Positions 8,713 through 18,560 of a stretch of DNA of 64,000 nt are shown piece by piece (the stretch's first letter is position 1; the number at the start of each line of letters is the position of its first letter). A program made the position numbers and the translations under genes. The stretch comes from an uncultured Gammaproteobacteria bacterium. Lineage in GTDB: Bacteria; Patescibacteriota; Patescibacteriia; UBA11705; JABHMO01. Under the pieces are notes generated by a model. The model did not search any database. It saw only the letters and a list, made by a program, of their open reading frames with translations, and was not told the DNA's origin. The stretch lies in assembly GCA_964590105.1 (NCBI GenBank), contig CAZPYM010000002.1, positions 90,697 to 154,696 of the forward strand, read 5' to 3'.

Positions 8713-9038
8713 ATAAAAGTAATTTGATTCTTAAAAACAACCCAACCCTCCGCGATTTTCAGGATTACATTGCTGTAATGGTAAAAGAGCGGGGGTTTGA
8801 TAAGGAAAGTATTTCTGAAATTTTTATGTTGTTTCTTGAAGAATGCGGAGAGATGGCCAAGGCCGCGCGAAAAATTCAAAACATAAAATCTGATAAAAAC
8901 TCCGAGCAATTTCATCTTGACTATGAAATTGCCGATGTGTTCATTTATTTGTTGGATATTTGTAATCATTACAATATTGATTTAGAAAAATCTTTTCGGG
9001 ATAAAGAAGAAGTTAACAAGAAAAGATTTTGGGAATAA
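8709..9038 (+). CDS. MazG-like all-alpha nucleotide pyrophosphohydrolase
   Basis: Carries the EExGE...A...E(I)ADV..YL motif (LEECGEMAKAARK...YEIADVFIYLLDI). It overlaps the upstream gene by 4 nt (ATGA). Confidence 0.7.
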   Translation: MNKSNLILKNNPTLRDFQDYIAVMVKERGFDKESISEIFMLFLEECGEMAKAARKIQNIKSDKNSEQFHLDYEIADVFIYLLDICNHYNIDLEKSFRDKEEVNKKRFWE

Positions 9039-9276
9039 TTATTATTAATTAATGCTGCCAAAGAAAAACTTAAAATTGTCAGCGGTGCGGCTCCGCCACC
9101 TTTCCGAATTTTTGCGGGGGGAATTCCTCGCCGCCTGCGGCGGCGAAATGCGTTCGGACTAATTCAAGAATACTGCGCCATGAAGTATATTTATAAAGCA
9201 GGAATAAGCCCCTGTTTTTTTGTTAGGTATATATTTGATTAATAAAAAAACCGACCGCGAGGGGCCGGAATTTTGT

Positions 9277-9555
9277 TTAGTGAATCGTGCTGTTTGGCGG
9301 AATAGTGTCCGTCGCTTCAGCAGCTTCTTTTTCCTTATCACCGATTTGAATTTTGCGCTGTTTTTCTTTGAACAGATCATCTGCCAAGTTGAGCAGGCAG
9401 AGAAGAAGTCGGGTTGTTTCCGGTAAAGTCTTGCCAGGATTAAGTTGCTCCATTTTAGTCCTTATGCACTCTATCAGCTTGCCGATATGATCTTCTGATT
9501 CCTCTGTTTTTATTGAGAGTTTGTGTCCTAGGAGTTCAATCGTAAAGCTATTCAT
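9277..9555 (-). CDS. zapA: Cell division protein ZapA
   Basis: MNSFTIELLGHKLSIKTEESEDHIGKLIECIRTKMEQL... is typical of ZapA. Start taken at the Met preceded by GGAGGA. A terminator hairpin lies just downstream. Confidence 0.8.
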   Translation of the reverse strand: MNSFTIELLGHKLSIKTEESEDHIGKLIECIRTKMEQLNPGKTLPETTRLLLCLLNLADDLFKEKQRKIQIGDKEKEAAEATDTIPPNSTIH

Positions 9556-9629
9556 GGACTTCCTCCTTGTTAACATTAATTATTAATGTTCGCATCACAA
9601 TACTCAATTTGAAATAAATTGTCAATTAG

Positions 9630-10100
9630 TTACGCTTTGGAAATAATATAATACCCAATTGCGCCAAAAGCCACGGAAACGTTTAAGCTTTCTTTGTCGC
9701 CGAGCATGGGAAGGTGAATTATTTTGTCACAACTTTTTTGAATATGAGCAGATATTCCCCTGACTTCATTGCCGAGGATAATGGCGACTTTATCTTTCGG
9801 GCGCCACTTTCTGAAATCCATGCTGGTTGTTTTGGTTTTTTCGAGGCCGATAATTTCGTAGCCCTGTTTTTTTAGTTCGTGCAATGTTGGCGCGAGTATG
9901 ATTTTCTTTTCCCACGGTACAGCCATCTCAGCGCCGAGCGCGGTTTTTGCCAGCCGGAGCGGTTGTTCTTTTGGCGACGCGGTATAGCCGGCTAAATAAA
10001 GTTTTTCCGCGCCGATCGCGTCGCAGGTGCGAAAAATTGAGCCGACATTATAAAGGCTACGGATATTATGGGCGATGATGATTATATTTGGTTTTTTCAT
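9630..10100 (-). CDS. SpoU/TrmH-family RNA 2'-O-methyltransferase
   Basis: SPOUT motifs are present: NVGSIFRTCDAIG, ILGNEVRGIS, LPMLGDKESLNVSVAFGI. Confidence 0.85.
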   Translation of the reverse strand: MKKPNIIIIAHNIRSLYNVGSIFRTCDAIGAEKLYLAGYTASPKEQPLRLAKTALGAEMAVPWEKKIILAPTLHELKKQGYEIIGLEKTKTTSMDFRKWRPKDKVAIILGNEVRGISAHIQKSCDKIIHLPMLGDKESLNVSVAFGAIGYYIISKA

Positions 10101-10178
10101 GAGATTAAGGTAAAATGTTATTAATGCGAAAGCCGGAATAAAGGCTGAAACGGCCTTCTATTTTCTAACATAGCAAAT

Positions 10179-11198
10179 ATGATTGAGGATAACAATAATC
10201 GAATTGTCTCTGCTAAGCTTGATGAAAATGACGGAAGCATTGATTTGAGTTTGCGGCCGAAAAAACTCGATGACTTTGTCGGCCAGCAAAAAATAAAAGC
10301 CAATTTGAATATATTTATGGAGGCGGCTAGGAAAAGGGGCGAACCGATAGAGCATGTTCTGCTCTACGGGCCGCCAGGGCTCGGAAAAACGACGCTGGCG
10401 CACATTATAGCCAATGAGATGGGTGCAAACATGCGAGTGACCACGGGGCCCGCAATTGAGAAGAGCGGGGACCTGGCGGCGATCCTTACAAATCTTGAAC
10501 CGGGAGACGTTTTATTTATCGATGAAATTCACCGGCTGAACCGGGTGGTAGAAGAAGTTTTGTATTCAGCAATGGAAGATTTTGTTTTGGATATTGTTAT
10601 TGGCAAGGGACCGTCGGCCAGAACATTGAGATTGGACATTCCTCACTTTACACTGATCGGCGCGACCACCAAGCTTTCTAAATTATCGTCACCTCTTCGC
10701 GATCGCTTTGGCAATACGTATCATTTGGAATTTTACGAAAATGAAGATATTGATAAAATAATAAATCGCTCAGCCGGAATATTAAATGTGAATTTTGTCG
10801 AGCCTTGTTCTCTTGAAATTGCCAAAAGAGCCAGGAAAACTCCGCGCATTGCCAATCGTCTTTTGAAAAGGATCCGCGATTTTGCCGAAGTGAAGAATCA
10901 AGGACAAATTAACCGTGAAATAGTGGAGCAAACAGTGCAGATGCTGGCAGTGGATCAGCATGGTCTTGATGATATTGACAGGAAAATTCTTTTGACGATA
11001 ATTGAAAAATTCGGCGGCGGACCGGTTGGCTTGAATACTATTGCCGCGGCTACTTCTGAGGAAATGGAGGCCATTGAAGACGTGTATGAACCGTATTTAT
11101 TGCAGTTGGGCTTTATCAATCGTACAAATCGTGGTAGAATAGTAACAGATGAAGCTTACAAACATTTAGGAATTGAAAAACGTAATTTGCTTTTGTAA
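10179..11198 (+). CDS. ruvB: Holliday junction branch-migration helicase RuvB
   Basis: [12 protein letters not shown], Walker [12 protein letters not shown], Walker [10 protein letters not shown] and the C-terminal winged helix are present. Confidence 0.97.
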   Translation: MIEDNNNRIVSAKLDENDGSIDLSLRPKKLDDFVGQQKIKANLNIFMEAARKRGEPIEHVLLYGPPGLGKTTLAHIIANEMGANMRVTTGPAIEKSGDLAAILTNLEPGDVLFIDEIHRLNRVVEEVLYSAMEDFVLDIVIGKGPSARTLRLDIPHFTLIGATTKLSKLSSPLRDRFGNTYHLEFYENEDIDKIINRSAGILNVNFVEPCSLEIAKRARKTPRIANRLLKRIRDFAEVKNQGQINREIVEQTVQMLAVDQHGLDDIDRKILLTIIEKFGGGPVGLNTIAAATSEEMEAIEDVYEPYLLQLGFINRTNRGRIVTDEAYKHLGIEKRNLLL

Positions 11199-11322
11199 AT
11201 TTTTGAATTCCCCAGTTTTCCAGTTTCCTAATTACCTGATTTCTTGTTTTCTTGTAATTTGTTATTTGTCCGCCATAGGCGGATGCGCCTTGGGCGCATA
11301 ATTTGTAATTTTTCGCTATTGT

Positions 11323-11568
11323 ATGGCAATTCCACTTTCAACATTTTTGTTTGTTTACCTGCTCTATATTCTAGTTTTTTTGTTTTTTAGTTTTTTTAAT
11401 TTGTATCACATGCTAAGGTACGGGTTTGTCAGTTTTCTCGCCTATGTGGTTACTGTCGGATACATTATTATTACCCTGTTGGCCTTATTTGTTTCCTATT
11501 ATTATTTGGCGCAGGTCGACTGGAGTCAGACAATTGATATTTATAAGGCATCTGGGGGAATTTATTAA
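11323..11568 (+). CDS. Small integral membrane protein (2-3 TM), unknown function
   Basis: 81 aa and strongly hydrophobic. It lies immediately upstream of the bPH-domain membrane protein, with a 2-nt gap. Confidence 0.55.
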   Translation: MAIPLSTFLFVYLLYILVFLFFSFFNLYHMLRYGFVSFLAYVVTVGYIIITLLALFVSYYYLAQVDWSQTIDIYKASGGIY

Positions 11569-11570
11569 AT

Positions 11571-12128
11571 ATGTACAGCCATCATCATTTTCCAAATCAA
11601 AAACCAAACGAGCATGTGCTCATGTTTTTGCGCCGGCATTGGATCGTGGTTTTGAAACTTTTAGGCATTAGTTTGTGCTTGGTTTTAATCCCGGTTTTTT
11701 TCTTTATCATTTATATTAATTACACGGATTATTTTGAAAATGAAATTGTTACCGCTATCATAATTCTTTTAACCAGCGCTTTTTATTTATTTATAATTTT
11801 ATATACGTTTAGTAGTTTTGTTGACTATTACTTGGACGTCTGGATTGTTACAAATCAGCGAATAATTAATATTGAACAAAAGGGTTTATTCGCCAGGGTT
11901 GTTTCAGAAAAAGATTTAGGCAGGATGCAGGATATCACTTCTGATATTGAAGGATTTTGGGCCACGGTATTAAACTACGGGGATGTCCATATTCAGACTG
12001 CCGGAGAAAAAGAAAGATTTATTTTCAAACAGGTGCCTTTTGCTGATGAAGTTTCCCGCAGGATCAGCAATCTGGTTTCTGAATATCAAAAGATAAACAA
12101 AGATACGCCGCTCGATAAAGTAGGTTAA
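11571..12128 (+). CDS. Membrane protein with a bacterial PH (bPH_2/YdbT-like) domain
   Basis: Two TM helices are followed by DVWIVTNQRIINIEQKGLFARVVSEKDLGRMQDITSDIEGFWATVLNYGDVHIQTAG. A terminator lies at about 12143-12185. Confidence 0.65.
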   Translation: MYSHHHFPNQKPNEHVLMFLRRHWIVVLKLLGISLCLVLIPVFFFIIYINYTDYFENEIVTAIIILLTSAFYLFIILYTFSSFVDYYLDVWIVTNQRIINIEQKGLFARVVSEKDLGRMQDITSDIEGFWATVLNYGDVHIQTAGEKERFIFKQVPFADEVSRRISNLVSEYQKINKDTPLDKVG

Positions 12129-12390
12129 AACATACAAAAACAAAAAATACCCCGCCGCTCGTAAAAGGCAGGGTATTTTTTTTGTGGAAAATTGTAGTGT
12201 CCGTTGCGAAGCGACAAACAAACGCGCCTCGCCACTGTGAAGAATTTTGATTTTAGCAAAAGAACAGAGTTGCTTTTTTGTTTTTTCCCAATAAAGACCT
12301 TATTGGGCTTGACTGGACCGCGTGTTTCAGCGGCCTGATTTTGTTTTGATTGTAGATTTGTCCCGATTAGGGAGGTTTATTGCTTAATTA

Positions 12391-14040
12391 TTAATATATT
12401 TTTTCTATATTAATTCCTGAATAATAATATTTCAGAATCTGGTCATATGTCCAGCCCAATTTTTCCGCTCTGGCTTTGGCGTCCTGCTGGTCAATGCCCA
12501 CGCCGTGACCCCATTTAGCCAAGTCTTTTGTGTATGGAGTTTCAACTGATTTTAAATACGGATATTTACTGCTGGTCAAGGTTTGGCCACCACTTCTGGC
12601 CGAATAAAATGCAATAATTACTTCGTCGGAGTGAGTGAGCACAGTTCCCGCTGTTTCCGCCACAATATTTGCCTGATTGGGCATTATAGTTTCCGCTATG
12701 TATCCTTTGTAAACTTGATCTCTTTCATCGGGATAAAGGTCAAATGGGCTGTCTTCGACTTTAAATTTGTTCACATGATAAAGAGCATAGGTTCTAGCGG
12801 CGATCGTCATAGCTTTCTGATATTCAGCTGGATCTGGGTTTGACGTTTCTTTCATTCCTTTTAGGTAATCAGCCAGTGGTAAAGTATTTACCACCCAGAC
12901 TCTCTCGGTTGGTTGATAAAAAATTAAACTCAGGTTGCCGCGAAATTGATTGTAATTAATTGATTTATTCCAATCTGCCAGATCAGTCAGACTTAAGATG
13001 GTAAAAATGCCGTCGTTGAAATTTTTTAAATATAAACTCGAACTCGTTCGTACGGTTGTATTGATAAAATCAAAAGTATATTCTTTTTTTGCTTCGCTAT
13101 AGTTAAATAGAATTTCCACATCTGCGGGGACAGAGGCAAGCAGCGTGTCATTTTTGTCGTAAACTTGCCAAGCTTGATTATTTTTGATTAGCACGGATTT
13201 GTCTGTGTGAAATAACCCCACTCTTACATCGGGACCTTTTTCCGGCAATGAAAAAGCGCTGACGCAGGTTAAATTGTCAATGCCGCTGGTAAGCGCGGCA
13301 ATATTTAATCTTAGTGTGCAGATATTTAATTTTGGTACCGGCGCGCTGACAACGGCAGTCGCGGTTGTTGTGACTATTTGCGCCGAAGGGATTTGAACTG
13401 TTTGTTTTTCTGAAGCAAACTCTTCCGGATGTTCGACTACATTCATCCCTACTGAGACATCGCCGCCTTTTATCATCGTGTTGTCGGAAACCAGAACAAA
13501 ATCTCCTGAATACAAATTAAGATTTTTTGGCGCTTGCAGGGCGAATTTAAAAGTGCCGGTTTCGCCGGGATTAACTATTTTTTCTTGAAGTTGAGCCGGC
13601 AGATAGGGGTCGGGCCAGAACGAGTGTCTAAATTTAAGCGCTGTGGTGAGCGATTTTAAATATACTTTTTCTTTTGTCCAAATTGCCGTGCCTGTGTTCT
13701 TGAAACTAAGATTAAAAGTAAAAGCTTGCTCTGGCTGGATGTTGATCTGCTTGTGCGATTGAAAAATTGATTCAGCTTCATATGTTACCTCAGCGGCCAG
13801 CGCCACTTTGGCAAAAATTGGAATATTTTTATTTTGAGTCTCTGGAATAAGCGTTGATTCAAATGACCGGAGTCCAAAAGCCGCAACCATGACAATGACT
13901 AAAGAAAATAAAATATGGCCAAAAACATTAAGGCCGGAAGTTTCATCTTTGGCTTTTTGATATAGTTTATTTTCTTTAATCCTTGTCTTTTCGAGCGTGG
14001 AGTTCCAAAAATAAGACAAGTATTTGTGTCTGGATTGCAT
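12391..14040 (-). CDS. SpoIID/LytB-domain cell-wall protein with an N-terminal membrane anchor
   Basis: The C-terminal half carries SpoIID motifs (AARTYALYH...ERDQVYKGY...FYSARSGGQT). Confidence 0.8.
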   Translation of the reverse strand: MQSRHKYLSYFWNSTLEKTRIKENKLYQKAKDETSGLNVFGHILFSLVIVMVAAFGLRSFESTLIPETQNKNIPIFAKVALAAEVTYEAESIFQSHKQINIQPEQAFTFNLSFKNTGTAIWTKEKVYLKSLTTALKFRHSFWPDPYLPAQLQEKIVNPGETGTFKFALQAPKNLNLYSGDFVLVSDNTMIKGGDVSVGMNVVEHPEEFASEKQTVQIPSAQIVTTTATAVVSAPVPKLNICTLRLNIAALTSGIDNLTCVSAFSLPEKGPDVRVGLFHTDKSVLIKNNQAWQVYDKNDTLLASVPADVEILFNYSEAKKEYTFDFINTTVRTSSSLYLKNFNDGIFTILSLTDLADWNKSINYNQFRGNLSLIFYQPTERVWVVNTLPLADYLKGMKETSNPDPAEYQKAMTIAARTYALYHVNKFKVEDSPFDLYPDERDQVYKGYIAETIMPNQANIVAETAGTVLTHSDEVIIAFYSARSGGQTLTSSKYPYLKSVETPYTKDLAKWGHGVGIDQQDAKARAEKLGWTYDQILKYYYSGINIEKIY

Positions 14041-14055
14041 AAAATTAAAGCTGCC

Positions 14056-14217
14056 TTAAGCTTTAAGGAAAGTCTTTGACAGCACGTTAAAAGTCCGTCG
14101 ATCAGCAAATTCTGATTTTTTGCCGTTATTCCAACGATGCACCGGGCTTAGGTAGCCGACAACTCTGGAATAAACTTCACACTTCTGCCGTTTTGATTGT
14201 GTTTGTAGTGGGGACAT
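14056..14217 (-). pseudogene. Isolated C-terminal glycyl-radical segment of anaerobic ribonucleotide reductase NrdD (remnant or stand-alone mini-ORF)
   Basis: MSPLQTQSKRQKCEVYSRVVGYLSPVHRWNNGKKSEFADRRTF... matches the extreme NrdD C-terminus (EVYSR-x-x-GY...WN-x-GK..E...R). No NrdD body is seen upstream in any frame. A terminator of the neighbouring gene precedes it. Confidence 0.55.
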
Positions 14218-14452
14218 ATGTGTAAATAAATTACAAATAATAAATAACAAATTACAAGTAACAAATTGATTTAAAATAAACGAGCGCTCATAGAAAAAGC
14301 ACTCGTTTTACATCTCCACATTATAATTATAGCAAAGTTTTTTGGGTTTGTCAATGCATTGGCTAAAGTTAGTGCTTAAGGTTGGCGGAGGCGGAAGTTG
14401 TTTTTATCGTTTGTTTCTAAATTTACAGCAAGAAAACCAAAAATCAATCGGA

Positions 14453-15061
14453 TTAAAGTGATTTTTTGATTTTTTCCGCTAATTTAAGAAAATCTTTTTC
14501 ATTATATTTGAAATCATTTTGATCGCCGTTAGCAATTATTATTGGACAATCCTTGAAATCTCGGCTCCATTCTTCGTAAAGATGATTTAAATCTGAGATA
14601 TAGGTGTTATTCAGGTGAAATTCTACGTTTCGGTTCCTTTTAGTGATGTTTTTAATACAGCGGTCAGTTGAGGATTTTGCATAAATGATTAATTCCGGTG
14701 GAGTCAGTGTTTTCTTTATAGCTTTGTAAAGATTATTGTAAGTCTGCCAATCAGCTTCGTCCAAAAGTCTGTTTTGGTAAAGGTTTTTTACAAAGACTTC
14801 AGCGCCCTCGTATATACAACGGTCCTGCACTGTCGGCAGATTGCTTTCAATTATCTGCAAATGATCTTGCAATCGGCGGCCGAGAAAAAACACTTCGCAT
14901 TTGAAAGCCCATTTGCCCATATCCTGATAATATTTTTCAAGGTAAGGGTTTTCTTCAAACGGTTCCTGAAAATATTCCCAGCCAAAATGATTGGCCAGTT
15001 TTTTTGCCAGATTGGTTTTTCCCGAGCCGATATTGCCGGCAATGGCAATGAATTTTTTCAT
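14453..15061 (-). CDS. Deoxynucleoside kinase (dAK/dGK/dCK family)
   Basis: P-loop IAGNIGSGKT, FQEPFEENPYLEKYY and the overall length (202 aa) are typical of the family. Confidence 0.85.
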   Translation of the reverse strand: MKKFIAIAGNIGSGKTNLAKKLANHFGWEYFQEPFEENPYLEKYYQDMGKWAFKCEVFFLGRRLQDHLQIIESNLPTVQDRCIYEGAEVFVKNLYQNRLLDEADWQTYNNLYKAIKKTLTPPELIIYAKSSTDRCIKNITKRNRNVEFHLNNTYISDLNHLYEEWSRDFKDCPIIIANGDQNDFKYNEKDFLKLAEKIKKSL

Positions 15062-15302
15062 AAAAGTTTTTTTGATATCTTTATCTTAGCATTATTTATA
15101 AATTAAAAATATGGCTGAAATTGGGGTGGTTCATCATATAAGGTAAAAAAATAAAAACGCATCAAGGAAATTAATGTGTTTTTGGAAGTTTTTTAAAATT
15201 GTTTTTGCATTATACTCACTGGAAGAATGGCTGCGCCATTCGCCGTGCTTCGCCATAGCGGCTACGCGACGGCAAGTAGCCCCGTTTTAGTAGGGTGAAG
15301 AA

Positions 15303-15379
15303 TGGTGGACCCGGCAGGCCTCGAACCTGTGACCTCTTCCATGCCATGGAAGCGCTCTAGCCAACTGAGCTACGGGCCC
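15303..15379 (-). tRNA. tRNA-Ala (GGC), CCA encoded
   Basis: Reverse complement GGGCCCGUAGCUCAGUUGGCUAGAGCGCUUCCAUGGCAUGGAAGAGGUCACAGGUUCGAGGCCUGCCGGGUCCACCA. G3:U70 identity pair is present. Anticodon loop AUGGCAU. Confidence 0.9.
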
Positions 15380-15404
15380 TGAACCTGAGTGAACGAATGG
15401 TACA

Positions 15405-15480
15405 TGGTGGGCGCAGGAGGACTCGAACCTCCGACCAATTGGTTAAGAGCCAACTGCTCTACCAGCTGAGCTATGCGCCC
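15405..15480 (-). tRNA. tRNA-Lys (CUU), CCA encoded
   Basis: Reverse complement GGGCGCAUAGCUCAGCUGGUAGAGCAGUUGGCUCUUAACCAAUUGGUCGGAGGUUCGAGUCCUCCUGCGCCCACCA. Anticodon loop CUCUUAA. Confidence 0.9.
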
Positions 15481-15558
15481 CCGGATGAAAGCAAAAAAAT
15501 AATACCGCAATATTATTGTTTTGTAAAGAAAAATTTTCAATAAAGGTCCCGCACAAAG

Positions 15559-15631
15559 TGCACCCGGCACGATTCGAACGTGCAACTCCTTGGTCCGAAG
15601 CCAAGTACTCTATCCATTGAGCTACGGGTGC
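15559..15631 (-). tRNA. tRNA-Arg (UCG), CCA not encoded
   Basis: Reverse complement GCACCCGUAGCUCAAUGGAUAGAGUACUUGGCUUCGGACCAAGGAGUUGCACGUUCGAAUCGUGCCGGGUGCA. Anticodon loop CUUCGGA. Confidence 0.85.
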
Positions 15632-15651
15632 ACTTTATACGGGACGATATT

Positions 15652-16344
15652 TTAGTTCCAGCCTTTTTCTTCAAGAGCATTTCTGGCTGCGTCTTCCTGC
15701 GCTTCTTGTTTGCTTGAACCAGTACCCGTGGCGACCAGCTCGGTTTTTAGATAAATGCCGATTTCAAATTCTTTGTCATGGTCAGGGCCGCTTTCGGATA
15801 GAACTTTATAACTGGGAGTAATGCCGGCTTTTTCCTGAGCCATTTCCTGAAAGCTGCTTTTGGGATCAAGATATAATTTTTTGTCCAGTATTTCCGGCAA
15901 TTCAGACAAAATAAATTTAGTAATGAATGTTTTTGCCGCATCCCAGCCTTGATCTAGATAAATTGCGCCGATCAAAGATTCCATGGCATTAGCTAAAATA
16001 AATTGTCTGGCCTTTCCTGTGTCTTTTTGTTCTCCTTTGCTTAAAAAGAGGCAGTTTTCAAAATCAATGTCGCTGGCGATCTTTGAAAGAATTTTACTGT
16101 TTACCAAGCTTGCCCGCCAATTGGTCAGTTCGCCTTCAGGATTTGGATATTTGTTATATAAGTATTCAGTTACAACTAATTCCAATACCGCATCGCCTAG
16201 AAATTCCAGGCGTTCATTGTGATCAAGTGCAAACCCTGGGTGTTCATTCAAATATGAACGGTGAACAAGGGCTTGTTTCAGTAAATTTTCGTCATTGAAT
16301 TTTGTGCCGATTGTTTTTTCCAAGGATTTTAAGTTCTTTTCCAT
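15652..16344 (-). CDS. rnc: Ribonuclease III
   Basis: RNase III signature NERLEFLGDAVLE plus a C-terminal dsRBD (GPDHDKEFEIGIYL...GSSKQEAQEDAARNAL). Start taken at MEKNLKSLEK. Confidence 0.95.
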   Translation of the reverse strand: MEKNLKSLEKTIGTKFNDENLLKQALVHRSYLNEHPGFALDHNERLEFLGDAVLELVVTEYLYNKYPNPEGELTNWRASLVNSKILSKIASDIDFENCLFLSKGEQKDTGKARQFILANAMESLIGAIYLDQGWDAAKTFITKFILSELPEILDKKLYLDPKSSFQEMAQEKAGITPSYKVLSESGPDHDKEFEIGIYLKTELVATGTGSSKQEAQEDAARNALEEKGWN

Positions 16345-16409
16345 AATGCAAAGAACAGAAAACAATAATCAGTAAACATTGAGCTGTTTGCTAATTACTG
16401 CCTTCTGTT

Positions 16410-16898
16410 TTATTTATTTAAATCGTCCGGGGCCGTTTTTTCTTTTTCTTTTGTCGGCGTTTCTTTGTCTTCCGACTTTTTTGTGGGCCCTATGTCTTTG
16501 TATATTGAACCGAGCACGCCATTAACAAACTTACCCGAAGATTCTCCGCCAAAAGTCTTGGCAATTTCAATTGCCTCATTGATGGCGACTTTGGAGGGAA
16601 TATCAGGATTAAAGGCCAGCTCGTAGATGCCGATTCTTAAAATATTACGGTCAACATTGGTAATCTGTTCCAGCGGCCACTCCGGCGCGTATTTCTTGAT
16701 GTAATTGTCAATCGCCAGCAAATTGTCCGTTACTCCCTTGATCAGTTTGTCTGTGAAGGAATTGTCGTGAAATTCCGGCGCGAACGATTGATAATTATAT
16801 TGGATGATTTCATCCAAATCTTGTTTTTTTTGTCCTTTGAAGTCCCACTCAAAGAGTGTCTGAAGGGCAATCGTTCTTGCTAAGTGTCTGTTTGACAT
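16410..16898 (-). CDS. nusB: Transcription antitermination factor NusB
   Basis: [17 protein letters not shown]...ILRIGIYEL...[12 protein letters not shown] are NusB motifs. It has a Lys/Glu-rich C-terminal tail. Confidence 0.9.
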   Translation of the reverse strand: MSNRHLARTIALQTLFEWDFKGQKKQDLDEIIQYNYQSFAPEFHDNSFTDKLIKGVTDNLLAIDNYIKKYAPEWPLEQITNVDRNILRIGIYELAFNPDIPSKVAINEAIEIAKTFGGESSGKFVNGVLGSIYKDIGPTKKSEDKETPTKEKEKTAPDDLNK

Positions 16899-17058
16899 AT
16901 AAAGATATAAAGATCAAATTTATTTTTGTTTGTAAATTTTATTATGGTTGTCACTAGTGAGAATACCTGATTTTGTAAAAAAAGGCAAGCCTAGTAAATT
17001 GGTGAGTTGGCTGATTGACGCGCCGGTAAAAATTTGGTATTTTAAATAAGCGCAATAT

Positions 17059-18429
17059 ATGAGTTTTAAAACAGTTTCAGTCAAAATTATTGCAGTTGTT
17101 TTGCGGGCGAGTTCAGCTGCCCTTAAGCGGCTTTTCCAAAGGCTACGTTTTATTCGGAGCTTTTTTGCTTTGTTGGGAAAAATGGGTTTTCGGTTTTTTG
17201 TTTTTCCGTTTTACAGACTGTTGTACTTGTTTAAATATAAAGCGCTGAATGTCTACGCGCCGGCAAAAAATAGAATGTCTTATGTTTTGAATAAAACATA
17301 TTTGATTCATGTGGCGATTGTCTTGATCGGCGTTGTTGTAACCTGGAATAGCATCATGGCCAAGGACTTGAGGGAAGAAAACTTTGGTGAACAAACTGTT
17401 ATTTATTCAGTAATTTCCAAAGAAGAATTGGAGGTCCTGACGGAAGAGACTCAATTGGATTCTTCTAGTGGAAAAATTTTAAGTTATTTGGACAAAAGCG
17501 CGACCATGGAAAGTCAGAAAATAATCACTGACGCTCCTTCTGCGTCGTCTGATCAGCTGGCCACAGAATTTTCTACGGTTACCGAGGGCGGCGCCGCCGT
17601 GGTCAAGCCAAACATTCTCGGAGAGGTCAAGCCTGAAGATTTGCCCGGAGCGGGAGTTCCTTCTCGTCAGGGGATTACTACTTATGTAGTGCAGGCCGGT
17701 GAAACAGTGTCCGCAATTGCCGAGAAATACAACATTAGTGTTGATACAATCCTGTGGCAAAATAATTTAAGCGTCAGGAGTTTAATCCGCGCCGGAGATA
17801 AATTGGAAATATTGCCCACGTCAGGCGTCCTGCATACGGTCACGTCCGGTGAAACGGTCGGCGCGATTGCTAAAAAATATTCTGTCGAAGTGGAAAAAAT
17901 TATTTCATTTAATAATTTATTTGATGTCAATGATATAAAAAAAGGGCAGAAACTGATAGTCCCCGGCGGAAAAATAGTTGCTCCATATATTGCCCCTAGC
18001 CAATACGCGCAGGTACCGCAAGTGTCGCCAATCAGTAAATTATTTATTCCGCCGGCCCAGCAAATCCAGACTAGCGGTATGCTTTGGCCGACCAGCGTGC
18101 GGCGCATTTCCCAGTATTACAGCTGGCGTCATACGGCCATTGATATTGCCGGACCGACCGGCACGCCGATTTATGCTTCAGATTCGGGAACTGTAATTTT
18201 TGCAGGCTGGTCTACCGGATATGGAAATAATATTTTGATTGATCATGGTGGCGGAATGCAGACACGTTACGCTCACGCTTCCAAACTTTATGTGGGCAAG
18301 GGTGACGCAGTTGTCAAAGGTCAGACAATCATGGCTATGGGTTCAACCGGCTGGTCAACTGGTCCCCATGTTCATTTTGAGATTATTGTTAACGGTGTAA
18401 AAAAGAATCCGCTGTCATACGTAAAATAA
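17059..18429 (+). CDS. Membrane-anchored LysM-repeat / M23 (LytM) peptidoglycan endopeptidase
   Basis: Two LysM repeats (YVVQAGETVSAIAEKYNISVDTILWQNNL; HTVTSGETVGAIAKKYSVEVEKIISFNNL) and an M23 core (HTAIDIAG...GYGNNILIDHGGG...STGPHVHFEI). Confidence 0.9.
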   Translation: MSFKTVSVKIIAVVLRASSAALKRLFQRLRFIRSFFALLGKMGFRFFVFPFYRLLYLFKYKALNVYAPAKNRMSYVLNKTYLIHVAIVLIGVVVTWNSIMAKDLREENFGEQTVIYSVISKEELEVLTEETQLDSSSGKILSYLDKSATMESQKIITDAPSASSDQLATEFSTVTEGGAAVVKPNILGEVKPEDLPGAGVPSRQGITTYVVQAGETVSAIAEKYNISVDTILWQNNLSVRSLIRAGDKLEILPTSGVLHTVTSGETVGAIAKKYSVEVEKIISFNNLFDVNDIKKGQKLIVPGGKIVAPYIAPSQYAQVPQVSPISKLFIPPAQQIQTSGMLWPTSVRRISQYYSWRHTAIDIAGPTGTPIYASDSGTVIFAGWSTGYGNNILIDHGGGMQTRYAHASKLYVGKGDAVVKGQTIMAMGSTGWSTGPHVHFEIIVNGVKKNPLSYVK

Positions 18430-18560
18430 TAATTTTTAGGATAAAAAAACGAGCCTCTTGGGCTCGTTTTTGGTGAAAAGAACTGTTGATCGGGACTACT
18501 AATGAATTCCAAGACAAACTTGAGCACCTGCTAGAAGAGTTTTCTTTTGTTCGTTCCTTT

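Noticed and set aside
8094-8969. 291-aa minus-strand ORF spanning both the Rcl-like and MazG-like genes
   Set aside because: The translation is S/F/C/I-rich junk with no motifs. The plus-strand ORFs carry recognisable MazG and NDT-fold motifs and an ATGA coupling.
9040-9276. 6S RNA (ssrS) downstream of zapA, as in E. coli
   Set aside because: The synteny idea is attractive, but I could not trace a long closed hairpin with a central bubble. The GC-rich part is better explained by the mini-hairpin repeat family. This needs a covariance-model search.
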